From an uncultured Clostridia bacterium (GTDB taxonomy: Bacteria > Bacillota > Clostridia > Oscillospirales > Oscillospiraceae): a DNA stretch of 64,000 nt. The DNA lies in the NCBI GenBank assembly GCA_937967235.1, contig CALCJW010000192.1, positions 4,533 through 68,532 on the forward strand. The letters run 5' to 3'. Position 1 is the first letter of the stretch. Every line of letters starts with the position of its first letter. The notes below the pieces were generated by a model. That model was not told where the DNA came from. It made no database searches and saw only the letters and a program-made list of their open reading frames with translations. Both the position numbers and the translations under genes were made by a program. Of this stretch, positions 18,520 to 28,923 are shown in pieces.

Positions 18520-21500
18520 AGGACAGTTGGCCCTCCTCGAAGATTTCATCCTTGATAACGCCCATCAGAACAGGCTTGATGTTGTTCGTGAGCAGTTCAA
18601 GTACAGCCTTCTCGGACATGCCACCGCCAGAGCCACCAGAAACGACCACAGAGCCATTGCCGACGATCTCCAGGATGACTCTCTTGTTGATCTCTTTCGT
18701 AGCGTCTGTGCTTTCCTGGGCCGCTGGCTGGGCATTCGGCTGAACATTCAGCGGTGCAGCCTCGGCAGCAACGGGGGCATTGGAGGCCGGAAGCGCGACC
18801 GTCGATACTCCAGGAAGGCCAGTGTAGGCGGCGTTAATTGCCTCCAGATCGGAGTTCTTGCCAGACACGATGTCTGCAACCTTGCCCAGCACGGAATCGA
18901 AGAGCGATTCGCCCGGGCCAGGTTCAGGAGCATCAACAGTAACACCCGTGAGCGCCTGCAAAAACTGGTCAAATTTTTTCTCATTTGATGTATCGGATGC
19001 AGGCTCCATGCCATTCAAAGCATCGACGATTTTGTCTGTTTCCTCGGTCGGGAAGACGGTGCTCCCCTGCTTGCCGACGATCAGCTCCGGGCCATTCTCA
19101 CCGGCCACGAACACATCTTCAGCGTCCGTCGTGCCTCCAGCATGGCCGGGAACAGTCGTTGTGGTAGACGTGGTAACAGAGGGCGTAGAGCCGTTCTGCA
19201 AGGCCAGAGCCACAGATGCGGCCACGTCCTTTGCGGCGGCTACGGCGTCCTTCTTGCCGTCTTTGAGCTTCTGGACATACTCGGCAATGGTGTCCTTCGC
19301 GGCCTTCCCTGCCTCGTCGGAGAGGTTGAGAGAGTCCACCGTGCCTTCCATTTTCTTCTGGAAGTCGTCGAGCTGGTTCTCGTAGTCCGTTACCCAGTCG
19401 GCGGTTGCCTGAGCCGCCGCATCCTGCTTGGCGGTGACGTCGGCCAGGGTGTCGGCCAGCTTTGCCACAGCGTCCTTGTTGCCGCTGTTGATCGACTTGA
19501 CCATGCTTGCGGCAAGACCAGCGGCCTGTTCGCTGCCGTCCTGGACGTAGGACATCAGAGCCTTGTAGTTCTCCTCGGTGATGCCCAGATCGTCCGCGGA
19601 GGTGGCTTTCAGCGTTTCAATGTTGGCGGTGTAGGTGTTCCAGTAGTTGAGCTGCGAGTCGAGAGCTGCCTGTGCGTTGGAAACGCTCGCGTTCAGGTAG
19701 TCGCTCGACTTCGTGGACGCCTGATCGAAGAGATCGAACTGGCCCTCGAAGCTATCCTTTGCCGCCTGGTATGCGTCGTCGTATGCCTGACAGAGCTTTT
19801 CCACATCAGAACGCACATCGCTGTACGCCTGGGAAATGGCCTCGCCATAGGTAGCGCCTTCCTCTGCGGCGGCCTTCGCAGCATCAGCGGCGGCGGTGTA
19901 GCCCTCCTCGATCTCCTCGATCTTCTTGCCGGTTTCGTCGTAGGCATCCTGTAACTTGGCCTGTTTGTCCAGAACCTCTTGCAAAGCATCAGCAGCAGCG
20001 TCGGCGTTGGCCGCCTGCTCCGACCACTGTGCAGAGATCGTAGACATCCCGGTCGGGTCTTGTGCGTAGAGATCGGCGATGTAGTCCTGGTAGACCTTCT
20101 GCGCATCGTTGGCCCGCTGCTGGGCGGCTGTGACTTCATCCTGAACCTTTGCGAGCTCCCCCTGCTCCTGAGCCTGCTGCTTAATGAGATCGACGTACTC
20201 CTGGTACTTCTCGTTGTAGGCTTCCTGCTTTGCCTGTTCCTGAGCCATCTGCTTGATGTAGGCGAGGCTCTTGTCCTGGTTTTCGGTCAGGTCTTCGTAG
20301 GTCATGTTCAGGCCGTCGATGCTACCGTTCAGCTCGTCGAGAATGGCCTGCATTTCCTGCTGCTTCCCTGCCGCCTCCCCGGTAGAGCTTGCCAGCTCAG
20401 ACAGGCGGGCGATCAGCGCGAGGTTTTCCAGCTTGTTCTTATGCACAGACTCCGTGTTGTTGTCCAGCTCGTCCATCAGGGAGTTGTGCTTGTCGATCAG
20501 GTTGTCGCACTCAGAAATGAGATCACCGACGGACTGCCCGTTGCTGTTCAGAGACTCAGACAGGGTGTCGATGCGGTACTTCAAAGAGGACGCCTGATCG
20601 GACGTGTCGCCGTAGGTATCGCAGGCGATCTGGTACTGTTCCTCCAGCGATTCCAGCTCTTTCTGCTGCTCAGCAGTTACGGCGGTCATGGACTGCGTTT
20701 CCTTGTAGGTGTCCTCGTACTTGTTGCCCAGCATGGTGACGGCAGCAGTTATCGCCGTGACGCCAGCCGCCACGCCGAGCAGCACCGGCAGATACGGAAC
20801 CAGCGGAGCGAAGAACCCGGCTTGAATCACCTTTGCGGCAGACATCGCCGCGGACAGACCGGCCACGCCAACGGCCACCGTGCCCAGGCCGGTGCCGATC
20901 GCGGTCAGGGCCTTCACGACGTTCGGGTGCTCAGTGAGGAAGTCCCCAACCTGTCCCCAGAGGTCGGCCAGCTCAGCCGACGTATCATGGATAGCAGGCT
21001 CCAGAACTTGAGTGAAGGCAACATTCATTTTGTTGTTGGACTTCTCCCACTTCTCGCTCAGACTCTCGCCAGCCTCAGCGGTTTTCTCCAGCGTGCCCAC
21101 GGCAGCGTCCAGAGATCCCGTCAGGGTGTCGGTCGTGATTGCGCCGTCGCGGATAGCCCGCGCAAAGTCAACGCCCACTTTGCTGCCGAAAATCTCAACG
21201 GCCTCCGTGGTCGCCTCGGAGCTGTCCTTCATGTTGGCGATCTCGGTTATTGTGTTCTGCAAAGCCGTCTGTGCATCCAGGCCATCAGAAGCAAACTTCT
21301 TGACAGCAGTGCGCATGGCGGTGATTGTAGAGGTCCCCTCGACGCCGTAGAGCTCCATCTGAGCCAGCAGGCCGATCGCGTTCTCCAGCGACAGACCCAG
21401 CTCCTGCAAGGACGATGCGCCCGTAATCAGGGTATTGCTCAGAGTGGTAACGGACAAGCCAGAAATTTGTCCGGCATAGGCCAGATCGTCGAGAACATTC

Positions 21501-22735
21501 GGCAGCTTGGATGCGTCCACGTTCCATTTGTTCATCACCTTGGTAACAAGCTGAACGGAACCAACGACATCCTGGCCGGTAATGTCCGCGAAGTCTAGGA
21601 ACTGGCCCGTAACCTCAGAAAGCGTATCGCCGGTGTAGCCTAGGCGGGTGTTGATCTCGCCGACGGCACCGGCCACGCTGTCAAGGGCGTCGTCGTTGCC
21701 AGAGTAGGCTTTCAGCATACTCGCGCCCAAGCTGTCCAACGCCTCGCCCGTCGCACCGGTGGCGTTGACGACGATCTTCTCGGCGTTGCTGTAACTGTCG
21801 GTCAGCTCGTAAACCGAGGATGTGATCTCCTTGATTGTGGCCGTGATGCCCGCCGTAGTGAGGGCCTGAGCGATCGTTTCGACAGCATCAGCACCAGTCT
21901 TTCCGGCGTCTTCGGCCTCGTCGCTGGCCTTTTGGGTAGCCTTAGACAGCGTGTCGGTTGCGTCGCTGGCCTTACCGTTGGCTTCCGCCAGGGTCTCCGC
22001 TGCATGGCCTGCCTGTTCAGCCGCAGCCTCCAGCTTGTCGAGGTCTTCCGTGCCGGACGACAAAACAGCCTGGTAATTCTGCATCGCAGCATCGGCGTCG
22101 CTCTGGGCTTTTGCAAGCTCTTTGAGGGCGTCTGCTGCTGCGGTGCTGGCCTCCTCCAGCTCCTTTTTGGTTTCAGCCGAAACCTTTTCGTTCTGCATGA
22201 GGTCTTCGAGCTGATCGCCGGTCTTCTTGACGGCAGCGGTCAGATCGTTATGAATTCCGGCTGCGGCCTCCACGGACTCGGACAGCTCATCGGAGGACTT
22301 CTCGCAGAGAGCCATCATGTCGTTTAGGTCGTTCAGGGCAGCGGTGGATTTCAGCCCCATGTCCACCAGCTCTTTGGTGGAATAAGACGCCTCCAGCATT
22401 GCCTTGTCATAGCCACCGACGGCGTTCGTCCAGTAGTCGGCCTTCTCCGCGGCCTCGTCTGCTGCCGCACCGTACCGATCGAGGGACTCCGCGAGCTCGT
22501 CTGCCGCAGAGCCCGCGCCGCTGACCGCCCCTTCGATGCTGCCGATCGAGGAAGCAACGCCATCAGCGGCAGCAGCTACATTGGAAGCCGAGGACGAAAT
22601 GCCGTCCAGGGCCGCGCTTGCTGCATCACCCGCAGACTCCCACTTGCTCAGCATGGACTCGCCGTTGTTGGCGATGTCAGCCATCTTCTGACTCATCTGG
22701 TCGATGAGCTGAAATCTTGCGGTCAAGTTTGCCAT
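18509..22735 (-). CDS. tail tape measure protein
   Basis: 1408 aa, Ala/Glu-rich coiled coils, TP901-type architecture, positioned after the tail chaperone. Confidence 0.9.
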   Translation of the reverse strand: MANLTARFQLIDQMSQKMADIANNGESMLSKWESAGDAASAALDGISSSASNVAAAADGVASSIGSIEGAVSGAGSAADELAESLDRYGAAADEAAEKADYWTNAVGGYDKAMLEASYSTKELVDMGLKSTAALNDLNDMMALCEKSSDELSESVEAAAGIHNDLTAAVKKTGDQLEDLMQNEKVSAETKKELEEASTAAADALKELAKAQSDADAAMQNYQAVLSSGTEDLDKLEAAAEQAGHAAETLAEANGKASDATDTLSKATQKASDEAEDAGKTGADAVETIAQALTTAGITATIKEITSSVYELTDSYSNAEKIVVNATGATGEALDSLGASMLKAYSGNDDALDSVAGAVGEINTRLGYTGDTLSEVTGQFLDFADITGQDVVGSVQLVTKVMNKWNVDASKLPNVLDDLAYAGQISGLSVTTLSNTLITGASSLQELGLSLENAIGLLAQMELYGVEGTSTITAMRTAVKKFASDGLDAQTALQNTITEIANMKDSSEATTEAVEIFGSKVGVDFARAIRDGAITTDTLTGSLDAAVGTLEKTAEAGESLSEKWEKSNNKMNVAFTQVLEPAIHDTSAELADLWGQVGDFLTEHPNVVKALTAIGTGLGTVAVGVAGLSAAMSAAKVIQAGFFAPLVPYLPVLLGVAAGVTAITAAVTMLGNKYEDTYKETQSMTAVTAEQQKELESLEEQYQIACDTYGDTSDQASSLKYRIDTLSESLNSNGQSVGDLISECDNLIDKHNSLMDELDNNTESVHKNKLENLALIARLSELASSTGEAAGKQQEMQAILDELNGSIDGLNMTYEDLTENQDKSLAYIKQMAQEQAKQEAYNEKYQEYVDLIKQQAQEQGELAKVQDEVTAAQQRANDAQKVYQDYIADLYAQDPTGMSTISAQWSEQAANADAAADALQEVLDKQAKLQDAYDETGKKIEEIEEGYTAAADAAKAAAEEGATYGEAISQAYSDVRSDVEKLCQAYDDAYQAAKDSFEGQFDLFDQASTKSSDYLNASVSNAQAALDSQLNYWNTYTANIETLKATSADDLGITEENYKALMSYVQDGSEQAAGLAASMVKSINSGNKDAVAKLADTLADVTAKQDAAAQATADWVTDYENQLDDFQKKMEGTVDSLNLSDEAGKAAKDTIAEYVQKLKDGKKDAVAAAKDVAASVALALQNGSTPSVTTSTTTTVPGHAGGTTDAEDVFVAGENGPELIVGKQGSTVFPTEETDKIVDALNGMEPASDTSNEKKFDQFLQALTGVTVDAPEPGPGESLFDSVLGKVADIVSGKNSDLEAINAAYTGLPGVSTVALPASNAPVAAEAAPLNVQPNAQPAAQESTDATKEINKRVILEIVGNGSVVVSGGSGGGMSEKAVLELLTNNIKPVLMGVIKDEIFEEGQLSYDY

Positions 22736-22742
22736 TTAGTCC

Positions 22743-23413
22743 TCACCTCCTCATATTTCTTTGAGCCTCCGCTACGATCTTCGCCTGCTTGCGTTCATCA
22801 TCAACAACAAGCTCAGAAGCGATGTAGAAGAGTTTCGTCTTCCGCGGCATGGCGTCGTACTCTTCCGGGTGCAGCCCGTGTCGCTGCCATAGGGTGTGCG
22901 CCCAGTAGCCGTCCGAGCCCGCCGCGCAGATCAGTTTTTTGCGGCTTTCAGATCGTCTTCATCCGGGGCGTCGATCATGCCGAGAATCTGCATGACGTTC
23001 CGAGTGACGTAATCATAATCGCCCGGTTTGCTGAACACCAGCAGCGGCATATCGGTGATGTCCACGCAGTTGTAGAACTTCATCAGCTCCGGGTCGTCCA
23101 GCTTCGGGTACTGGAGGGACTTCACGACGATATGGCGCAGGGCGCGGGCATTGTCGCGCTCGGTCTTCCAGACGACCTCGCCGCCGTTCACGAGGGGATT
23201 GCCCTTCTTGTCGGTGGCGAGGCTGCGGCGACGGTAGTTTTCGTTGATCTGGGTGATCTCCTGCTGAGTCAGGATTTTGGCCTCGAAGTTGATGGGGTTG
23301 CCGTCGTCGTCCTTGAAGGACTCCGGGCCGGTAAAGGTGATGATCTCCTGCTGAACAGGACGCATAAAGTATTTCAGGCTCTTGTTTTCGGTCGCCATAG
23401 TAAAATCCTCCAT
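22743..23413 (-). CDS. tail assembly chaperone (XkdN-like) with a programmed -1 frameshift extension
   Basis: The main ORF 22931..23413 ends AAKN*. The slippery heptamer A AAA AAC (22934..22940) lies immediately before the stop. The -1 frame continues LICAAGSDGYWAHTLWQRHGLHPEEYDAMPRKTKLFYIASELVVDDERKQAKIVAEAQRNMRR to a stop at 22743, just before the tape measure start. Confidence 0.6.
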
Positions 23414-23522
23414 AAAAAGAAAAGCCTGCTCTTTTCCACAGATGCGGTCAAAAGAGCGGGCTTTGATGGTGTATTCAGAATCTCAGTGATGAAAACAGCC
23501 CATTTTCACCACTGTCGCGGCC

Positions 23523-23951
23523 TTACAGGAAGTCGCGTGCGTTAAAAGTCAGGTTGTCGGTAACGACGTCGCCGCCGCTGTCCAGAGCGGTGAGGGGCAT
23601 TGCGCCGGTCGGCACACAACCGACGAAGGTGCAAACATCGTTCTGGCACTTGTCGAAAAAGTCGGAGTCCGGGTCATTCATGATGCCCTGGATAGTCAGC
23701 TCCGGGGTCTTGTGGGTGGCCTGGTACTTCTTAATCATGTCCTTAATCCAGGGCGTAGAGCGGTGCTCAGACAGGGACACGGTGATGTTGTAGCCCAGCC
23801 AGCGGGTGCTGTTGGAATAATCACCGAGCTGCTTGCCGCTCCAGGTGTCCGGGGTGAAGGTTCCGGTCGCGGAAACGGAGTCCGCAACCTCGATGCCGTC
23901 AATGACGATCTTGCCCATGCGAATATTGATCGGGCGGGTATTGAAGTCCAT
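23523..23951 (-). CDS. tail tube protein (XkdM-like)
   Basis: 142 aa; synteny between the sheath and the chaperone. Confidence 0.7.
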   Translation of the reverse strand: MDFNTRPINIRMGKIVIDGIEVADSVSATGTFTPDTWSGKQLGDYSNSTRWLGYNITVSLSEHRSTPWIKDMIKKYQATHKTPELTIQGIMNDPDSDFFDKCQNDVCTFVGCVPTGAMPLTALDSGGDVVTDNLTFNARDFL

Positions 23952-23971
23952 ATTTTAGCTCCTTTCTCCCA

Positions 23972-25315
23972 TCAGCGGGTATGGGTGGTAAAGAACAGCT
24001 TCTCCGCGCTGTCAACGGGTTTCAGGTTGACGTTGAAATAGGTCTTGTCGCCGTAGGACGCATCACGATCGACGAGGAAGTCGTTGTCGTAGTCCACATC
24101 GGTGATCGCACCAGCTTCCGCAAACTGTTTCAGGATGGACTTTCCGACGCCCTCCATGATGTCCCAACCGTCGCTGTCGTTCGCATACTTATTGGGCGGG
24201 AAGTTCAGCTGAATGGACTCCTGGAACGTGTCCATAACACGGACGACGCGGTTCTTGCGATAGGTTTCATCCTTGGGCTGCTTGAAGCTCGTAAGGGAGT
24301 TGATGTCGTATTCCACAATAACCTTGTTTTCCTCGGAAATGGAGAAAGCAAAGTGGCCTTTGTTGATCGCGTCCACATACTCCTCATGCGTCAGGGCGTC
24401 CACCAGATCGGTTGCGCCATCAACTGCATCGTAGGTCAGGGACTCCACATAAGATGCGCCAGCGGACGCGCCAGCCACCCATGCGGTTGCCTCGGCTGCG
24501 GACAGCTTGTCGTCGTCGATTGCATAGCCGTTCTTAATGGAAATGATGCCCTCGTAGTCTGCCGGGAAGTCCGGGACAACGGCCTGCACGCCGCGGCCCA
24601 TGCTCTCGCGCAGATACTTGATCTTGGTCTTGATCGCCGCCTTCATACTGCTGTCGGTAACGGGCATTGCCACGGTGTTGAACTTGACCTTCTCCCAAGT
24701 GTCCATAAAAGTGGTGAGATCGTCGTTCTGGGCCGTAGCATCAGTGCCGCCGGTGAGGTTCATCGCGGCAATGGCGGCCAGTGCGCCAGAGCCGGTGAAG
24801 GTGACGTACTCGCAGTCCTGCGCGATCAGATCATCCACAGTGGACAGACCCTCGTAATAGGCCACGGTGTTGCCAGCCAGACTCACGGTAACGTCGAAAC
24901 CGCCCACCGGATTTGCGGCGACGGTGACGGTCAGCGCGTTGCCGCGGGTGCCACCATGCTTTGCTGTCGCAGTCAAGTTCGGCTCCAATTCGTTCTTTGC
25001 GACCGCTTTAGTTCCTTCCTTCGGAATGTAAACCAGAACCTTGCTGGCGTTTTTGAATGCCTCACGAATGAGAAGCATCTGCCGGTTGGGGTCGCTGTCG
25101 TAGACGCTGTAACCCAGCTTGGCGTATGCAGCATCCGGGCCCGCATTCGTCAGTTCGATGTAGGAACCGGCGGGGCCGTAGGAGGGCTTCAGCAGCGGGA
25201 TAATCGCAGTACCACGCTCGCTGGTGCCGACGGTATCGCTGCGAGTGCTTTCAAAGTTCATGTAAGTGCCCGGACGCACCTTGCCTGCCAGCTTATCAAA
25301 CTTGCCACCAGCCAT
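23972..25315 (-). CDS. contractile tail sheath protein (XkdK-like)
   Basis: 447 aa with sheath-like composition and position. Confidence 0.8.
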   Translation of the reverse strand: MAGGKFDKLAGKVRPGTYMNFESTRSDTVGTSERGTAIIPLLKPSYGPAGSYIELTNAGPDAAYAKLGYSVYDSDPNRQMLLIREAFKNASKVLVYIPKEGTKAVAKNELEPNLTATAKHGGTRGNALTVTVAANPVGGFDVTVSLAGNTVAYYEGLSTVDDLIAQDCEYVTFTGSGALAAIAAMNLTGGTDATAQNDDLTTFMDTWEKVKFNTVAMPVTDSSMKAAIKTKIKYLRESMGRGVQAVVPDFPADYEGIISIKNGYAIDDDKLSAAEATAWVAGASAGASYVESLTYDAVDGATDLVDALTHEEYVDAINKGHFAFSISEENKVIVEYDINSLTSFKQPKDETYRKNRVVRVMDTFQESIQLNFPPNKYANDSDGWDIMEGVGKSILKQFAEAGAITDVDYDNDFLVDRDASYGDKTYFNVNLKPVDSAEKLFFTTHTR

Positions 25316-25503
25316 TATTTAGCCTCCTTCACACGCCACGCATCAATGCGGGACTGAATTTCTTCCTTGGTGTACTCACCGTCCGGGAGATCAGTAGTCG
25401 CGCCAACAAAAGTGACGAGAGAAACGCCAAAGACCGCACGGCAGTTGTTGCGCAGGGACTCCAGCGGATATTTCACCGCGGCCTGCTTTACTTTAGTAGC
25501 CAT
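25315..25503 (-). CDS. small phage protein
   Basis: 62-aa ORF with tight coupling to its neighbours. Confidence 0.35.
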   Translation of the reverse strand: MATKVKQAAVKYPLESLRNNCRAVFGVSLVTFVGATTDLPDGEYTKEEIQSRIDAWRVKEAK

Positions 25504-25518
25504 ATAATACCTCCAGTA

Positions 25519-26034
25519 TTACTTTGAGCCTTTCGGCTCCTGCCCTGCAAAAGCAGGGTTGGAATAGCTCACAGTGCAAAATCTCACGGCTGCACTGTAC
25601 GCCGTTTCGATGCTGCGGGCAGCACATTTGTCAGACTCGATCAAGAACGGCTTTCTTGCCGTCCAGTCAATTTCTAACTGCACTGCGCCTTCATCAACAG
25701 CCCTCAAAGTGGGGTCTCGGACATGGATGTATTTTCCTGTCGGCTTGCCGGTTTCGTCGATCAATGGGACTCTGTTCCGACGCTCCAGCAGCGCGCTCAT
25801 TGCTGCATAGCCCAGCTCGTAGGCTTCCTCTTTCGTCTTGTGGAAGAACTTTACGAACAGAGAAAAATCCAGAGCATAGGTGCCGAACGTATCGCCGCTA
25901 CTGCCGATCTCGGGCCGCGGGAAGTACACCGCCGGAACGCAAAATTGCTCCGGCACATTCTTGTAGTACGGAGCAGGGTTCCCACTGTGAATTGTCAGAA
26001 AGCTCATGATGCTCGCTAAATCCTGTTCAAGCAT
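25519..26034 (-). CDS. hypothetical tail-completion protein
   Basis: 171 aa; synteny. Confidence 0.45.
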   Translation of the reverse strand: MLEQDLASIMSFLTIHSGNPAPYYKNVPEQFCVPAVYFPRPEIGSSGDTFGTYALDFSLFVKFFHKTKEEAYELGYAAMSALLERRNRVPLIDETGKPTGKYIHVRDPTLRAVDEGAVQLEIDWTARKPFLIESDKCAARSIETAYSAAVRFCTVSYSNPAFAGQEPKGSK

Positions 26035-26131
26035 GGAACTCCTCCTTTTTGTGTGTTTCGTTCTGCCGAACAGCCTTCAAAATCAGTTGCTTACAAAATG
26101 AAATCAACCCTCCGAGGTTGAAAAGTTCAAC

Positions 26132-26647
26132 TCATTCAAAATAGTTGTCCATCCAGTCTTGGAGCTTTGCATCCAGCAGATCAGGAAGCATCTTGTCCAG
26201 GATGCGCAATGCGCTCTCCCAGTAGTGCTTGCCCTCTACCCAGTGCTGCTTCAAGACCATGCCGCCTTTCGCGGACGGGTCATAAACAAACCGTCCGTCC
26301 CCCTGCCAGTAGCCGGGGACAAAGCGGCATTTGACGCCTTTCGGGTTTGTCCAGTGGCCGTCATTGACGTATGACGCATATTCGACATTGGTGCCCACTT
26401 CCAATGTCAGATCGCCCTCGGTGAGCTCCCAGATGTTCCCTTGGGAGCCTTTCTCGAATGACGCGAGCAGTTGGCGGGTGTCCATGACCTTCCGCCGGAT
26501 GATCTCGTCCTGGAGGACTCTCAGGAACTCGTTACCCAGGCCCTCCAGAAAGAGCTCCATTTCGTGCCGAAAGTCGCCGGACGCGGCCTGTCCGATGCGG
26601 GAAAAGAACTCCCGAAATGCGGAGACGTCAACATCAACCGTCGCCAT
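26132..26647 (-). CDS. HK97 gp10-like tail component (tentative)
   Basis: 171 aa; position between head-tail joining genes and the sheath. Confidence 0.45.
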   Translation of the reverse strand: MATVDVDVSAFREFFSRIGQAASGDFRHEMELFLEGLGNEFLRVLQDEIIRRKVMDTRQLLASFEKGSQGNIWELTEGDLTLEVGTNVEYASYVNDGHWTNPKGVKCRFVPGYWQGDGRFVYDPSAKGGMVLKQHWVEGKHYWESALRILDKMLPDLLDAKLQDWMDNYFE

Positions 26648-27012
26648 CAGAGATACCTCTGTGTGCCCTTCGCCACGACGTAGACGAAGAGGTGGTGGCC
26701 GTGGATGTCGTGTGGGATCTCCGCGATATACTCGCAGCCGTTCTTCCTGTCCACGATCTTGTCGTTGAGTCTCACGTCGGTGCCGGTGGGCAGGGCCAGC
26801 TTGATGCGAGACTCTTTGATGTTGGCCGGGGCGGTCTGCGAAATGGATGTGCTCTCGCTCTTAACCGCGAAATGGCAGGCCACAGAGAGCACGTCCGGCT
26901 CCTTTGGATAGGAGAAGGAAGGCTGCTCGGTCAAGCCGTAGCCGGGGGATTCGTCGCCTTTCTGTGCGTGGTAGATGTCGCACAAATCGTTCAGGTAGTC
27001 TTCAAACGCCAT
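26647..27012 (-). CDS. head-tail adaptor / head closure protein (tentative)
   Basis: 121 aa; synteny. Confidence 0.45.
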   Translation of the reverse strand: MAFEDYLNDLCDIYHAQKGDESPGYGLTEQPSFSYPKEPDVLSVACHFAVKSESTSISQTAPANIKESRIKLALPTGTDVRLNDKIVDRKNGCEYIAEIPHDIHGHHLFVYVVAKGTQRYL

Positions 27013-27024
27013 GCTGGGCCCTCC

Positions 27025-27414
27025 TCACAGTACACGCATACGCATGGTAACAGTTCCGTTTGCTGCCGTGACGACATAATCATCCAGCAGGGCGGCCAGA
27101 TCGAGATCGGTAACTTCGATGTCGGAGTGATCTGCCGAGTAGCTGTAATCGTCGAATGTTTCGGATTTCAGCACCTTGGAGGAGGTCAGAGCGGCGTTGT
27201 GGGCATAGGCCTCGGCCAGCAAGATGCATGCCGTCCGCACGCCCTCCGGCAGCTCTGCCATTTCCTCCAGGCCCTTGTTATGGGTGTAGGTGATGATGTA
27301 CTGCTCTGCCCTGGAAATGTCCACACTCAACTTTGCATCGCTGCGTTTGAGCACTTCCGGGGTTTCGGAGTAATCACGCACCTGCTGCGGGGTTATCCAG
27401 GGGCGTTTCGGCAT
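27025..27414 (-). CDS. gp6-like head-tail connector protein (tentative)
   Basis: 129 aa; synteny. Confidence 0.45.
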   Translation of the reverse strand: MPKRPWITPQQVRDYSETPEVLKRSDAKLSVDISRAEQYIITYTHNKGLEEMAELPEGVRTACILLAEAYAHNAALTSSKVLKSETFDDYSYSADHSDIEVTDLDLAALLDDYVVTAANGTVTMRMRVL

Positions 27415-27417
27415 GGC

Positions 27418-27819
27418 TTAGTCCTCCCCGAAGTCGGGCTGTGCATCATCCGCCGCCGGGACGGTGACGGTTTCTGCGGTAATGGCGGCCACAAGGTCGT
27501 CCTTCTTCATGCCCTTGGTAACATCTACACCCAGATCACCGGCCAGCTTTTTCAGGTCTGTAATGGACAGGCTGTCCAGATAGCCCTTGTCGAAGTGCGC
27601 CGGAATAGAGCCCTCCTCTGCCTCCTCGCCTGCCGCTGTCAGCAGAGCGGAGTCAGCCTTTGCTTCGTCCTCCTCGACATCGATCAGATCAAAATAACCG
27701 CTGCGCACAGCAGCGGTCGCAATGTCCTTATCGTGGGTGTAGACGTTCGGCTCTTCCCTGGTTGCATTGACGATGCCGGTATAGGACATCGCCTTTTTCA
27801 GCTTGATGTGATACAGCAT
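27418..27819 (-). CDS. hypothetical head protein with a Rho-N/SAP-like segment
   Basis: LDSLSITDLKKLAGDLGVDVTKGMKKDDLVAAI. Confidence 0.4.
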   Translation of the reverse strand: MLYHIKLKKAMSYTGIVNATREEPNVYTHDKDIATAAVRSGYFDLIDVEEDEAKADSALLTAAGEEAEEGSIPAHFDKGYLDSLSITDLKKLAGDLGVDVTKGMKKDDLVAAITAETVTVPAADDAQPDFGED

Positions 27820-27840
27820 ACTTCTCTCTGCCTTTCTGCC

Positions 27841-28902
27841 TTACTTAATGCCCTTGATGATGGCCGCGGCGTCCATTTCCTCGATGATGGGGTCGAAGTC
27901 GAAGTGGATAACGTAGAAACGCTTATCCTTCATGATGGCTTCCTTGCCCTCGGTGGTCTTTCTGATCTTCATGCCGTAGGTGTTGACGACCACCAGATTC
28001 TTGGGGTCAGTCAGCAGAACGGAGTCGTCGCTGAGGGACGGGCACTCGACAACAGGAATCTTTGCGGGACTGTTGTAGACAGACTCAGGCACCGCACCGC
28101 CCTTCTCGATGATCTTGTTCAGCAGATGCAGCTCCCACTCCTGCGCACGGTGCGGGCTCATGAGCCAGCGCAGCTTGCCGTTGTTATACTTGTTCGGCAT
28201 GGAGTGCAGCGTGTTGTAGAACATATCCAGGTTCATGCCGGTGTCGCTGGAAGCATCGACGACATGAGCGTTATTCGTCAGCTGCTTAATCCAGCCGTCG
28301 TTGACCTTGAGGAAGTCTGCATCGCCGGTGGTGCAGAGAGCCTTCGCATCAGTGCCAGTCCACGCGCCTGCGCTGTGCTGTGCAGTGAGCTCGTAGACCT
28401 TGCCTCCAGTGGACACCAGATCGCCCTTGTTGAAGGTGTCGCTGGTGTTGAACGGCTTGACACCGGCAAACTTTTCGTCACCGTTCAGGCACAGGTCGAT
28501 GTGGTCGATGCCGAGCTGGGTGGTCATAAGGTTGGTGATGATGGCTTCGAGGTTCTGGCCCTCGATGTTCTCACGCAGCGTTTCCTCGGTGATCTCCCAG
28601 GGCAGGCGGACGTCGGTGCAGCTGTACTTGATGGAGCTGGTGTTGACGCCTGCACGATAGCCGTCGTCGTTGTCCTCGGTCTTCTCACGCAGGATACGGG
28701 AGGCGATGCCGATCTTGTCGATCTCGCCAGCCTTGGCGGTGCGCATTTCGTGGCGAACCAGGTTGCCCAGGGTAGTGGCCTCGAAGGTCTGCTGAATGAA
28801 TTTGCGGGCCTGCTCGCTGCTCAGGATGCCCGCGCCAGCACTGGGCGTAAAGTCGCCGGTGTTGATGGCGTTGCGAATGATGTCCTCGATAGAACGTGCC
28901 AT
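27841..28902 (-). CDS. major capsid protein (HK97 fold)
   Basis: 353 aa, positioned after the protease/scaffold gene. Confidence 0.8.
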   Translation of the reverse strand: MARSIEDIIRNAINTGDFTPSAGAGILSSEQARKFIQQTFEATTLGNLVRHEMRTAKAGEIDKIGIASRILREKTEDNDDGYRAGVNTSSIKYSCTDVRLPWEITEETLRENIEGQNLEAIITNLMTTQLGIDHIDLCLNGDEKFAGVKPFNTSDTFNKGDLVSTGGKVYELTAQHSAGAWTGTDAKALCTTGDADFLKVNDGWIKQLTNNAHVVDASSDTGMNLDMFYNTLHSMPNKYNNGKLRWLMSPHRAQEWELHLLNKIIEKGGAVPESVYNSPAKIPVVECPSLSDDSVLLTDPKNLVVVNTYGMKIRKTTEGKEAIMKDKRFYVIHFDFDPIIEEMDAAAIIKGIK

Positions 28903-28923
28903 GTGGTTTTCCTCCTTCTGTTC

